In this document: in pieces, positions 48,454-59,993 of the stretch
How the letters are laid out: each line of letters starts with the position of its first letter
Position numbering within the stretch: the stretch's first letter is position 1
Source of the DNA: Octopus vulgaris
Lineage: Eukaryota
NCBI GenBank assembly: GCA_951406725.2
Contig: OX597814.1
Span: forward strand, 174,220,001 to 174,284,000
Direction of reading: 5' to 3'
DNA: 64,000 bases
Notes under the pieces: generated by a model
Databases searched by the model: none
Told to the model about the DNA's origin: nothing
The model's input: the letters and a program-made list of their open reading frames with translations, nothing else
Made by a program: the position numbers and the translations under genes

Positions 48454-51400
48454 TGGTGACACCTGTGAATCGCGCAATTCTATACGACAATCGAACTTCC
48501 TACAAATACTTCAGTCTATTTATGTCGCTCCTAGTGCACAATACATCAATGCCTTCTGCATCTGCAGATACAACAGCTATCCAATTAGTGATTATCTAGA
48601 CACACGACCCGGCTCTATGGTTCGCATACATCGAAACGCAGCTCATTGCGACCCAGATCGTTAGCGAGACGACCCGAATGGCACTTAACATCAGTTCGCT
48701 TCCATTAGATGTCATCATGGAATTTGGAGATTTGGTAATGGCTCAGCCTAACACTGTCTCTTACGACACTTTTCAGAAGGAACTCACATAACGCACCTAC
48801 GTTTCACAGCAGAAATAATCCCACCAAATCCTAATAACAGAATAACTCGGTGATAAAATAATAATAATAATAATAATAAAACATCATCTAAGCTCCTTTC
48901 TTTAAACAGCTATTCCTGATGCGACTACCCTCCACTACGTAAATCATTTTCGCGTCTACTTAGGAGTCTTAATCTATTAAAGAGTTGGCCGAACAGACGG
49001 AGGGAAATGCAAAGGTCGCAACCTCGTTTTCGGCCATGACTCTGGTATCGTCAACCGTATCTTCCAGGAACCCTTTCGCTTAGTTATCCGATTGCACGGA
49101 AATCGCGAACCTACGATCCTAATGACACAGTAAAACGCGCAGATTCAAGCATTTTCAGCATGAATTCAAATTTTGTTACTTTTCAACTCACCTCGACGCA
49201 GTAAAAACCAGTCCTGGCGTTTTGTTCGTCGGCATCCCCGAAGTCCTCGCGTTATTCAACGGTCAGATTTGAAGTGCTGGTATCATCGTAGATTTGGCAA
49301 GTATGCTTACCACTGTGGGCACCTTATTTTGTTTCAGGAGATACTCCTTTCCTTCCGGTAAATGAAACACCCAGGGATTAAGGACGACAAAGGTGCCTGG
49401 CTCCTGTAAACAAAGTCACCTTTTCTTTGTAACCAATTGTTTCACAGGTATTCGTTTAGTTGTAGACGCAGAAGCCGAAGTTAGAATGATATCAGTGTCC
49501 CTCTTATCATTCACCAGAAAACCCGCACCAGTTCTTCTACTAGCAGTCAACCATTCTCCGATTCCTATTTTTGGAAAACAGTCTCTTATTCTGGACTTAG
49601 GCCCACCTTTGTTTAATAGCTGATTTCCTACAACATAACGGCCGCTGAATATACATCAACAGTCAGACCTGTTATTTTGCTAACATCAATCACACAGGAG
49701 AACTCTAGCCTCTGCAAGTAGCCTGTAATGGCTCTTCCAGTGTTTAGAAACACTGAGACTCATAGTACATCAATCGCCATGAGACCACGACCACTCCGTA
49801 CAAATAGTTTGAAGGCTGCAAAACAGGAATTTCAACACATGCTAGACCTAACATCACTGCGGAAATATGTGAATTTCTGGACTTTATAGATCTTTTCTTT
49901 TATATGAGGTTCGTTCCATTCCTGATTGTGTAAAAGTGATTCAACCACTCACAGACCTTCTTCGGTACCGAACAAAGAAAATCCAGCTAAAAACATTAAA
50001 CAAAAACAAAATTAGCTCTTTTTCTATTCTCAAAGATATTATAGCCAAGGTTATACTGGTATATCCCAAATCTGGTACCCCTCTTTCTTTATTTGTGGAT
50101 GAATCCGATGTCGGACTTTGAGCTGTGCTATAGCAGTTAGTTACTGGTATTTGGTATTTGGCAACTGATGTCTTTCTTCTTCAGGCGACTGCAACCGGCC
50201 GAATCTAAATACAATACTTTCGAACGGAAATTATTGGTAGCATACCTGATTGTCAAACATTTTCGATACACATTAAAAGGTTCTATTTTCACTATCTATA
50301 TGGACCACCGACCACACGTATGTGTGTTCAGCACGAAACCCGATCGCCACTCATCTGAAGAAGTTCACCACCTCAACATTATATTCCAGTGCACCACGGA
50401 CACACGTCACATCAAGGATTTGGCCATTCAACGGCTGTTGCGTTTTCTCGCATACAACTGAGCTCATTACATACCACTGACGTCAAGGCTCTTCAATAGA
50501 TCGCAGCTGATCAAGGAAATGACGAAGAGTTTGTAAAGCTCCTGAATACCCCATCCTTGAAATTCCCGCTGGTTTTTCTACGTGTCGTATTTGGTGTGAC
50601 ATTTCTACCGATCAAGAACGCCCGTATGGGATCTTTTCGGTTTGAACGGCAGTTTTTTTAAAATAATTTCCACGTAACTAAACACTTTTAAACTTCGTAT
50701 ACTGGTAGAATGTGTTTATAAAACATCTTTTTTTTCTTGGCTTTATTGAGAAAATTCAATAGTTTGTTAGATATTTGTTGTTGTTTTTCTTCAATTTCTG
50801 CAATTTCAACCAATCAATGACGTCTATTGAGGTGAAAACATTCTTTGCCGTATGAATATGTCCTTCGTTTAAGAAACAGATTGGGTTTATTTACATTTGT
50901 GAAGAAAAAAAGATACCCTTCCCCCCACCTCTAACCCTAAAACAGATTGAAATACAATAGATCGATACTAGGGTCATAATTATGGGTGACAATTTCATAT
51001 GACACTGCTAGAAAAAACTGCCGTTCAAACCGAAAAGAAGTATCACAGAAGCATCGACATCTGGTCTTTTTTTCCGCTTTGCACTGTTTATCGCAACTTG
51101 ATATCGACTCGTTTTGTATGAGCTGTTATCATGAAGACCATTCACGAATTGACCAGAAGCTGCATCGCATGTCAAAAAGCTAAATTATACTGCCGTGTCA
51201 AGTCCCCATTTGGTACTTTTGTGACACCCAACGCACGTTTTCAACATGTGTATATATATATCACCATCATGGAACGACTGCCTCTTTCCCAGAATTGTGC
51301 GCATCTTTTTACTTGGATAGACCGATTTTTCTGATGGCCTGAAGCCTTGCCTCTGTCGGATACTTCAACGGAATCTATTGCCAAAACTCTGGTACTACTC

Positions 51401-52100
51401 TGGATATCGCGTTTTGGTACACCCGTAACAATCACAACGGATAGAGAATGGCAGCTCGAGTCTCACTTGTTCAGGGAGCTGATTTGTCACCTTAGCTATA
51501 GGCACATCCAACGCAACAGTCTACAACCCGAGGCCAACGGTATAATCGAGCGTTTTCACCGAGAGCTGAAGTTTGTTCGTAAAACATACCTCGACAGCAA
51601 TAACTGGTAGGAATACTTTCCACTTTTCACGGTATTCGTGCCAACGTCAAGAAGAAACTGGATATTAATCAATGACACTGCGCTGACCTTACCTGGTCAA
51701 ATAGTCGCATCTGTTCCTTCACAGGATTTTCTAGACCCATAGAGTTGTTCATCTCAGTATGTCGCAATCAATGAATATTAATCAATGACACTACGCTGAC
51801 ATTATCTGGTCAAATAGTCGTACCTGTTCCTTCACAGGCTTTCCCAGACCCATAGAGTTATGTTCATCCTCTCCGGGCATGTATGTCCCGTCTACCATAC
51901 GTAACCCCTCGTCCTCAGTCTGTCGCAACACATGTTCCACCGGACATTAACCAATAGACGCATGTTTTTGTACGGAACGATAGAATAGCAGTACATGGAC
52001 CACTGGATTCTGTACTTTACAGACACAAATGGACATAAATGGGAAATGAAATTCTGCCAGCACAGTTCGCCTTAAAAAAGTACTCATCTAGTCCAACTCA
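48454..52100 (+). mobile_element. Degraded Gypsy retrotransposon, CsRn1-like lineage (gag-PR-[RT deleted]-RH-IN)
   Basis: PBS-like TGGTGACACC after ..aca at 48451; gag WFAYIETQL..; CHCC-type knuckle CWYHRRFGKYAYHC; protease LVVDAEAEV; RH FFFRRLQPAESKYNTFERKLL..YMDHRP; integrase CIACQKAK..WISRFGTPVTITTDR..PEANGIIERFHRELK. The 5' LTR may start near 47610 (unverified). Confidence 0.9.
50628..51039. mobile_element. MITE nested in Gypsy integrase
   Basis: TIRs cttttcggtttgaacggcagtttttt / aaaaaactgccgttcaaaccgaaaag split the RPY|VSQKHR frame. A related partial copy lies at ~45580-45700. Confidence 0.85.
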
Positions 52101-53624
52101 ACACCATTTTTCACTTTTTTCCAAGCAGACACATCATCAATATTTCCTTCTACTAGCGTCTCAAATTCTTCTCCTCGAGTATGCACTAAACCCAGGAGAC
52201 AGGCTCATTGGCCTGCTCGATTCGTTCAATTCTGCAACTAGACACAAGTTCTCTTGGTGAATTATTTCACTCAAACACAATACACCTGTTAAGCACCAGT
52301 CAATCGACCTCTTTTTCACTTTAAATCACAGACTATCTTTTTAGGATTTTTTTTTACATACCCGCTTGTTTTCGTTTTTACATTGTCTTACGTGTTTGTA
52401 TAGTTTTTTTAAATGTTCTAAAATGTGTATTTTATTCTATGCATACGCATGCACTCAAGGTTCGCGCACGTTGTATATATTAATATCTGCTCTCTGCTCT
52501 TTTTCATACGCACTCATCTGCACACTTTCAATACGAAAGTATAATAACAAACAATTGCATTTTTTCCCTCATCTTATCTTCGTTTCCATTGAAATTCTTG
52601 AGCACGCATTTAACCTTCTGCAAATGCAAGCACTCACAATTTCTTCGCACCCGCGGCCATTTATTTGCATTTAAGGTTTCGCTATATACGTTCCATGGCA
52701 ATAATTTTTATTCCAGTGATCAAATATAACTTCTATATCGTTTCACTTTTAAAGACCAGCTATTTCTTACAGTAAGAAAAACACACTGAATTCGTAACCA
52801 AGAATCGAATTCTCTCTCGATCTTCATATTAGCTTCTATTGTTCTCAGACACGTAATGCTGTTTGTTAGTTTGCTTGTTCCCTCATATTTCTGCTCCAAC
52901 AAACAACACCCCAAAATAAGGAAAATATTCTACCCCTACTAGCATCCTTGATAGTTAACGTTATTGCTGAAGCTATTGTACTTTATAAATGAACAACTCA
53001 AAACATTGTTTTATAAGTATTCTAAGCTTATTTTTATACGAGTTGTTCATTACTGACTAATTATGAAATGACCTCATATAAATTCTCAATTAATCATTTC
53101 AGTCTTAATTCTATTTGCGTGACACACCTCTATTTTGTCATCGTAGAATATTGTTTAACAAAAATATTTCTTCCCTTTGTATTTAAATTTGAGAAACTTT
53201 TTAAAGTAAGAAATAAACAGAAAATTTGTGATTAACTGTAATGGACTGGTTATATTAGGTGCAGTAGCAATTTGTACTTTTAGTGTAAAGTTGAGATTAT
53301 CCCTTGTATAATGAATCTCCAACTAACAGGTTTTCTCAGTATTCACGGTCAACAAATGCTATTTGCTTTTGGTTTATACAGCATACTCAAAGTGGTTACA
53401 TAGCTTAGGAAATTCACTGAATTCTCTTTTCACACGTAGACGAAAATGTTACATTCTTTACTATTTTTTTTTTCCGATGTCTTTTCAAAGAAATTAACTT
53501 GTTTTTAGAAAACTTTTCCTTCTTGAATCAAATTCCTATAATTTTTGAAAACTGGCGTCTCTTCTCTCTTTGTAAAACGATTTACGCTTACATATAAAGT
53601 TCTTTTAAAATAACTTGCTATGGC

Positions 53625-54406
53625 TAACCTACTAATTATTCTATTGCAATTTTCCATATTTATTAATAATTATGTCTCAAGCTAGATTTACAAGAATTTC
53701 ATTCAATAATCTGATAGACACTGTGGCGTAACAAGGGTTCTCAGCGCTAGGGGGCGACTACATCCTGCCTTGTTCGTCTCTGAATAGACAAACTGGATCT
53801 GTAATATTTTTACTTCATTACCACTACTGGTAAATATTTCTATATTAAGCAACCTAGTCTTTTTCCTTTTATTTCTTTCGCGCAATTCCATTGTTATCTT
53901 TTTTTTTCATAAACCCGTTTTCTAAATGAAGAAAAGTTAAGTTTTTGAAAGAAAAATATTAATTTAAGAAGCTAACTTCGCCTTCCACTATTTTCTATTT
54001 ATTTTTTGCTAGAATTTAAACCAGCCATCAACTTAACTCGTATCCTGTCTCTTTTAATCTTTCTTTTCCGTCAGCTTAATAAATTGATATTTTCCTTTCA
54101 AAAACTCAACTTTTCTTCATTTAGAAAACGGGCTTAAAATAAAAAGAAAAGAAAAAAAAGGGAATTGCGCAAAGGAAAAAAAAAATGACTAGGTTGCTTC
54201 TTATAGAAATATTTACCAGTAGTGGTAGTGAAGTTAAAATATTACAGTTCCAGTTTGTTTATTCAGAGACGGGCAAGGCGGGTTGTAGTCGCCCCCTAGC
54301 GCTGTACACCACTCGTGTCTATCAGAGAGAAATTCTTGAAACTCTAGCCTGTGACATAATTATTAATGAATATGGAAAACTGTGATTGAATAATTAGTAA
54401 GTTAGG
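53625..54406. mobile_element. Foldback element with ~340 bp inverted arms
   Basis: Arms at 53625-53966 and 54080-54406; the paired ORFs 53703-53891(-) and 54185-54385(+) are mirror images. Confidence 0.85.
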
Positions 54407-55129
54407 ATTCGAGTTATAAAAACAATTTTACATTAAACTAAAGTATTCTTCAATGCTTTTTGTAGGGTACATATTTATTGTTCTTTAACAAGAATAGTGT
54501 TGGCAGTGACTTCGAAGTTTTGGCCTACCTAGCCTTATATATACACATACATACGTATGTATGTATGTATGTATGTATGATGTATAAATATATATAAAAT
54601 ATATGCCAAAACGAATTTGTGTGTGTCAGTGTGTCACACTTTGATCACCTTTCTCTGCTATTCAATGACACTTCTACTATTCCTTATGATGGGGTGATAG
54701 TAATAGTATGAGCTGTAGTTGTAATAGAGGCGGAGGCGGTGGTGGTGTTAGTGGTAAGCGATGTGAAAGACAGTGGTGACGGTGGTGGAGGGGAAGGCGG
54801 CGAAGTCAAAGGTATTGATGGTGGTGGCGTCAAAAGTCTGAATAGTGTGTATATGCAATTGTGGTGGTGAAGGCGGTGGTACTGGTGATGGTGATGGTTG
54901 AAAACAATCAACAGGGAGAGAGAAAGAAAAAGAAAGATAGAGGTTGGACAGAAAAAAAAATTGTAATGACTCCTGAATGGAAAGACAAAAAATGTTGTTT
55001 ATCATGCAGCTTTGCAATAAGTTCCAAATCGATAAATTATATCATTGTTTTGATGAAAATTGTTCATTGCTTGAAGAATATTGTTTAAGTTTAATAAAAT
55101 TCAATATGCACTTAATGCATGAAGTGTCA

Positions 55130-55955
55130 CTGTTGGGCCCAAGGCCCAATGAAGAGCCTTTCACAGGAGCTAACTTAAAAATCGCTCTATCGGCTCGATA
55201 GGGGTAGAGACATATGTCAGACAGGTATCATTCGGTTCGTCGTGTCTTAGCATTATTTTGTCCTTTCAGGCGAAGCCATGGTGCTGTGAACGAAAGAGCA
55301 TCGCGTGTTTGCTTAGTGAAGAATAACGAGCCTGTCACAACAGCTCAGCGTAAGTTTCGGCGCTTCTTCAACGTTCACCGAAATCAGGCTGTTCCTACCC
55401 GTAACACAGTCTTACATTGAGTGAATGCATTTCGTACACGAGGTACGCTGATGAACAGGAGATCGGTGGAGGCGCCACGAACGGTACGGACCCCGGAAAA
55501 TGTGGAACGCGTCAGACAAGCTTTGATATTGAGTCCGAAGCATTCTACTCGGAAGTATTCCACTGAACTTGGCATCGGTTATCGATCAGTAAGACATATT
55601 TTGCATGAAGACCTGCATTTCCACCCGTACAAATTGGTCATTGGGTAACAGTTGAAACCATGGGACTATGCACAGCGGCTTAACTTCGCACGTCAGATGG
55701 AAGCAATTTTTGAGGCAAATGACATCCACGGTCCCCTGATTTGTCTAGGTGTGATATTATATCTTGAGGGGAAACCTCACGACACGTGTGTGTGTGTGCG
55801 CAAAAACCCCGTATACTGGACGATTTCAAGGAAGCTATTCGCGTGGAAGTCATCCAAACCGACAGAGCAATGCTGAGAGAGTGGAGGCCAACTATCAAGA
55901 ACTTAAGAAATGCATCAGTGAAAACACGGACACCACATGATAGATGTTGTTTTCC
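55130..55955 (+). mobile_element. Internally deleted Tc1/mariner, rosa (DD41D)-like
   Basis: VTTAQRKFRRFF..VPTRNTVL.*VNAFRTRGTL..PRTVRTPENVERVRQA..SPKHSTRK..ILHEDLHFHPYKL..DYAQRLNF, then a jump to [19 protein letters not shown]. Confidence 0.85.
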
Positions 55956-55985
55956 ACACACACACACACAGACACACACATATAC

Positions 55986-56054
<69 letters not shown>

Positions 56055-56072
56055 CATACATACATACATACA

Positions 56073-56130
<58 letters not shown>

Positions 56131-56260
56131 CATATATACATACATACATATATATACACACACACACATGCTCACACACATACATATATATTCATATATA
56201 TACATACATATACATACGAGCATATAAATACACACACACACATATATATATATATATATG
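55956..56260. repeat. Compound (CA)n/(TA)n/(TACA)n microsatellite
   Basis: Directly visible. Confidence 0.95.
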
Positions 56261-56597
56261 GTACATCTGTATGTTTTTCTTTTCGTTTCTTTTTATCTAG
56301 CAGGGTAAATTCCTTTTATATGAAAATGGTCGTAAAGGAATCTAAGCTGGACGTTTGCAACAGTTGGGACGCGCATCTTTTCTCTCCAGTCAAGAAAATC
56401 TGGTCGCTGAAGTGAAATTATCTTAACATATCTCCTTTATACGCGTAAAATCCCTTTAACCGGTGTCGAATGATATAGGTCAAAAATGCCTGTTGGTGAT
56501 TTTAATAGTGTAATATTTTTGTGTATTGCACAAAAGTAAAAATTATTTTCGTGTATTACACAAAAGGCCACATAATACATTCTTTTCTAAAGAAGGC

Positions 56598-58468
56598 ATG
56601 TGAACCCCACCCCGAATTTGTTGCTTCATAACTTCCAGAACAATGGGTACTTTTTAACGAAATTTCCAATAAGTACCGCTTAGATGCTGCGGATTAAGAG
56701 TATATAGGGATTTATGGGAAATAATTTTTCCGAGGGGGTGGAGAGAGAAGCTTCGGAAAATTCACATGACTCGACTTTTTTTCCGTCATAACTTTCAGGA
56801 AAATGGATATCTTTTAATGACATTTTATACAAATACCTTTCAAATGGCATAGATTGCGATTATAAAGAAATTTGTGGGGAAATTTTTTTCCAAGGGGTCG
56901 AGAAGAGGATTTTGGGATCAGGGAAACCAAATAAGTTGGAACTACTACTCCGTTTTGACGGGTATTTTCCCAGTTTTTTTTTTATTTCACCACAGCCTTC
57001 GAAATGATGGCGGTGGGTGGACATCTATTTATGAAATAAAAGTTGTGAAAATTTTTTTGTACAACCTCCCTACCACCACCGTTACCCCAGCCCCTCATCA
57101 TCCCACTCTAGACTGATTTTGGCCAATTTTTTTGCACTTCAAAACCATGGGAGAAGCCTTTTCGGTAAATATATATATATATAAAATTGTTAATATTATC
57201 CTTAGACAACCCTCTTCGTTTCTTTCTCACTCTCGAATGTATTGACGTTTTTCAATATTTTTCTCTCCATAAATACATTTATATGCTATAAAAAAAAATT
57301 AGAAAAATCGTAATTATTTTGCAGCCTCACTCCCTGCTCCCGATTGTTTCTGTTTATATAATTTAAAATATTGGAGAGCCTGAGAAGGTCATTGCTGGCA
57401 TTTATCCAGTGATTTAAAAAAAGAGGCATGCAAAAGATAATTCATTTTAATAGCTTACACACACACGGCTTCGCTTGACTGAGATGGGGGTCAAAATTCT
57501 AATTACATTTTTTTGTTGCTGCTTATTTATTTATATTCCACCAATGGGCCACGCGTGTATTAGCATCATCATTCTATAAAATGTGTTTAATGGGAGAAAA
57601 ATATTTATTTCTTTATTGCCCACAAGGGGCTAAACATAGAGGGGACAAACAAGGACAGACAAAGGGATTAAGTCGATTACATCGACTCCAGTGCGTAACT
57701 GGTACTTATTTAATCGACCTCGAAAGGGTGAAAGGCAAAGTCGACCTCGGTGGAATTTGAACTCAGAACGTAGAGACAGACGAAAACGGGAGAAAAATAT
57801 TGAAAAACATTAATAAATGTGACAGTGAAAATTGAGGGTGTTTTGGATATGCTAGAAACAACAGCCAAATCTCCCTTGAATCGTACACCTTTTCCTCCGA
57901 AAAAAAATCTTTTCACCTAAAAGGCTCCTCCCATAGTTTTCAAGTTTTAAAAAGTTGGCCTAAATTGTCCCGAGTGGGATGGTGAGAAATAGGTGGGTTG
58001 TACAAAAAATTTTTCACCTTTTTTTATAAAAAGATGGCCCCATAATTTCGAAGGCTGTAGTGAAAAAAAAATGGAGAAAATCCCCGTCAAAACGAAGTAG
58101 TTCCAACTTATTTGGTCTTCCTAATCCGAAATTCCGGGTTTTTTTTTCGAAACTCCTCTCCCCTAAACCTCGGAAAAAATTTCCCCACAAATTTCTTTAT
58201 AATCGTAAGCTATGCCGTTTGAAAAAAAGTATTTGTATAAAATTTCATTGAAAGATATCCATTTTCCTGAAAGTTATGAGGGAAAATGTCGGATCGTGTG
58301 AATTTTCCGAAATTCCTCTCCCTATCCCCTTAGAAAAATTTTTTCCTATAAATCCCTATTTACTCTTAATCCACAGCATCTAAGAGGTATTTGTTGAAAA
58401 TTTCGTTAAGAAATATCCGTTGTTCTGGAAGTTATGAGGCACCAAATTCGGGGTGGGAGGGGTACATA
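56598..58468. mobile_element. Large foldback element with ~570 bp inverted arms
   Basis: Arms at 56598-57168 and 57912-58468 (e.g. cataacttccagaacaa / ttgttctggaagttatg; ccaaataagttggaactact / agtagttccaacttatttgg). Confidence 0.85.
57606..57787 (-). mobile_element. SINE A, 5'-truncated
   Basis: TSD gggagaaaaatatt at 57592-57605 and 57788-57801. Confidence 0.9.
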
Positions 58469-58776
58469 GGTACTACTTGAAAACAGTGGTCCCGGTGCGC
58501 GCACTCGCGCATCCGCCCTAGCTAGTCATGATTAGTCGATCCTTACTTTGTGTTTTTGTGTTATTTACTTGGTTTAAAAAATTATTTTCTTTGTATTTTT
58601 GTGTTTTATTTACTTTGTTTAACAAAAATTATTTACTTTGTGTAAACAAATTATTTATTTTGTGTTTTATTTACTTTGCTAGGTAGTCGTTGTAGGATCG
58701 ACTAGTCACGACTAGCTAGCGCGGATGCGCGACTACGCGAGTGCGCGCACCGGGACCACTGTTCTCAAGTAGTACC
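58469..58776. mobile_element. MITE with GC-rich ~80 bp TIRs and 9-bp TSD (Merlin- or Mutator-like)
   Basis: GGTACTACTTGAAAACAGTGGTCCCGGTGCGCGCAC.../...GTGCGCGCACCGGGACCACTGTTCTCAAGTAGTACC; GGGTACATA at 58460-58468 and 58777-58785; internal ttatttacttt repeats. Confidence 0.9.
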
Positions 58777-58977
58777 GGGTACATATCTGTAGTTATACCC
58801 TAAAAAAATCTTTTCTCTTCAAGGAGGAAAAATATTTTTGTTATACGGTGTTTTGTGCTCTTGTAGTGTGCTGTGCTCATTGAAGTAATACATAATTTAA
58901 TCACAATAGTCCCTAATTAATTAAAAACATATTTGAGGGACAGACACTTTGGTTGCATGAACTATTTTCGAATATAT

Positions 58978-59498
58978 ATTTCTTTACTACCCACAAGGGG
59001 CTAAACACAGAGGGGACAAACAAGGACAGACAAAGGTATTAAGGCGGTGAGCTGGCAGACGCGTTAGCACGTCGGGCGAAATGCTTAGCGGTATTTCGTC
59101 TGCCGTTACGTTCTGAGTTCAAATTCCGCCGAGGTCGACTTTGCCTTTCATCCTTTCGGGGTCGATAAATTAAGTACCAGCTACGCACTGGGGTCGATGT
59201 AATCGACTTAATACCTATGTCTGTCCTTGTTTGTCCCCTCTGTGTTTAGCCCCTTGTGGGTAATAAAGAAATAGGTATTTCGTCTGCCGTTACGTTCTGA
59301 GTTCAAATTCCGCCGAGGTCGACTTTGCTTTTCATCCTTTCGGGGTCGATAAATTAAGTACCAGTTACTCACTGTCCTTGTTTGTCCCTTCTGTGTTTAG
59401 CCCCTTGTGGATAATAAAGAAATAGGTATTATTAAGTCGATTACATCGACCTCAGTGCGTAACTAGTACTTAATTAATCGACCCCGAAAGGATGAAAT
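58978..59498. mobile_element. Plus-strand SINE A dimer (59041-59423) nested in a minus-strand SINE A
   Basis: The outer copy is split at aggtattaag|tcgattac; the inner unit 2 restarts at ggtatttcgtctg (59274). Confidence 0.88.
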
Positions 59499-59754
59499 CT
59501 TTAAAAAAAACTGATAGTTTGCAAAAAAAAAAAAAAAAGAAAGAAAGAAGAATAAACTAAATGAAATAACATTTCTTTCTTTCTAAGAAGGAGGAAAGCG
59601 AAATAACAAAAAACAAAAAAACAAAAGATAGATGGAATTTGTTTGGTGGTGAGGGAAAATGATAACGATGAGTTTTCTGCTATTGTAAAAACGAAGTAAC
59701 AGCAGTCGCTGCAAATTCACCAAGAGATTCTGGTTGTTTATGATTGATGCCAGA

Positions 59755-59860
59755 TCAATCCAGCCAATGAGCGAACGTCGTTTGCTCACGTGATCGTCTC
59801 TTATACAGCCGCGTTTGTTCATACACCAATGTGGTGTAGTTCAGTGTCAGTTCTAGTTAT
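59755..59860 (+). promoter_or_regulatory. Candidate Pol II promoter (CCAAT box, E-box, Inr-like)
   Basis: CAGCCAATGAG at 59761, TCACGTGA at 59786-59793, TATA-like cttataca at ~59800, TCAGTG/TCAGTT at 59841-59852. Local CpG enrichment in non-repetitive DNA ~100-170 bp before an ATG. Confidence 0.6.
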
Positions 59861-59935
59861 CGCTGTTGTAAAAACTTGACGGAATTATATCTTATTATTA
59901 TTATATATTTACCTCCTAAGTGAAAAACAACAACA

Positions 59936-59993
59936 ATGTGTGGGAACACCGACGAAGAGGATACAACCGATAGCGGTTATTCATCAAAATTCG
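59936..59993 (+). CDS. Putative first coding exon of an unidentified host gene (MCGNTDEEDTTDSGYSSKF, phase-1 donor)
   Basis: acaacaATG context, GC-richer than flanks, ends TTCG|gtaatt before an AT-rich intron-like tract, upstream promoter motifs. No second exon recognised in the window. Confidence 0.6.

Noticed and set aside
55680-56415. Long ORFs up to 209 aa
   Set aside because: They are stop-free microsatellite translations (HT/YI/CV repeats); likewise 16499-17020, 26404-26835, 27709-28188 and 29712-30271.
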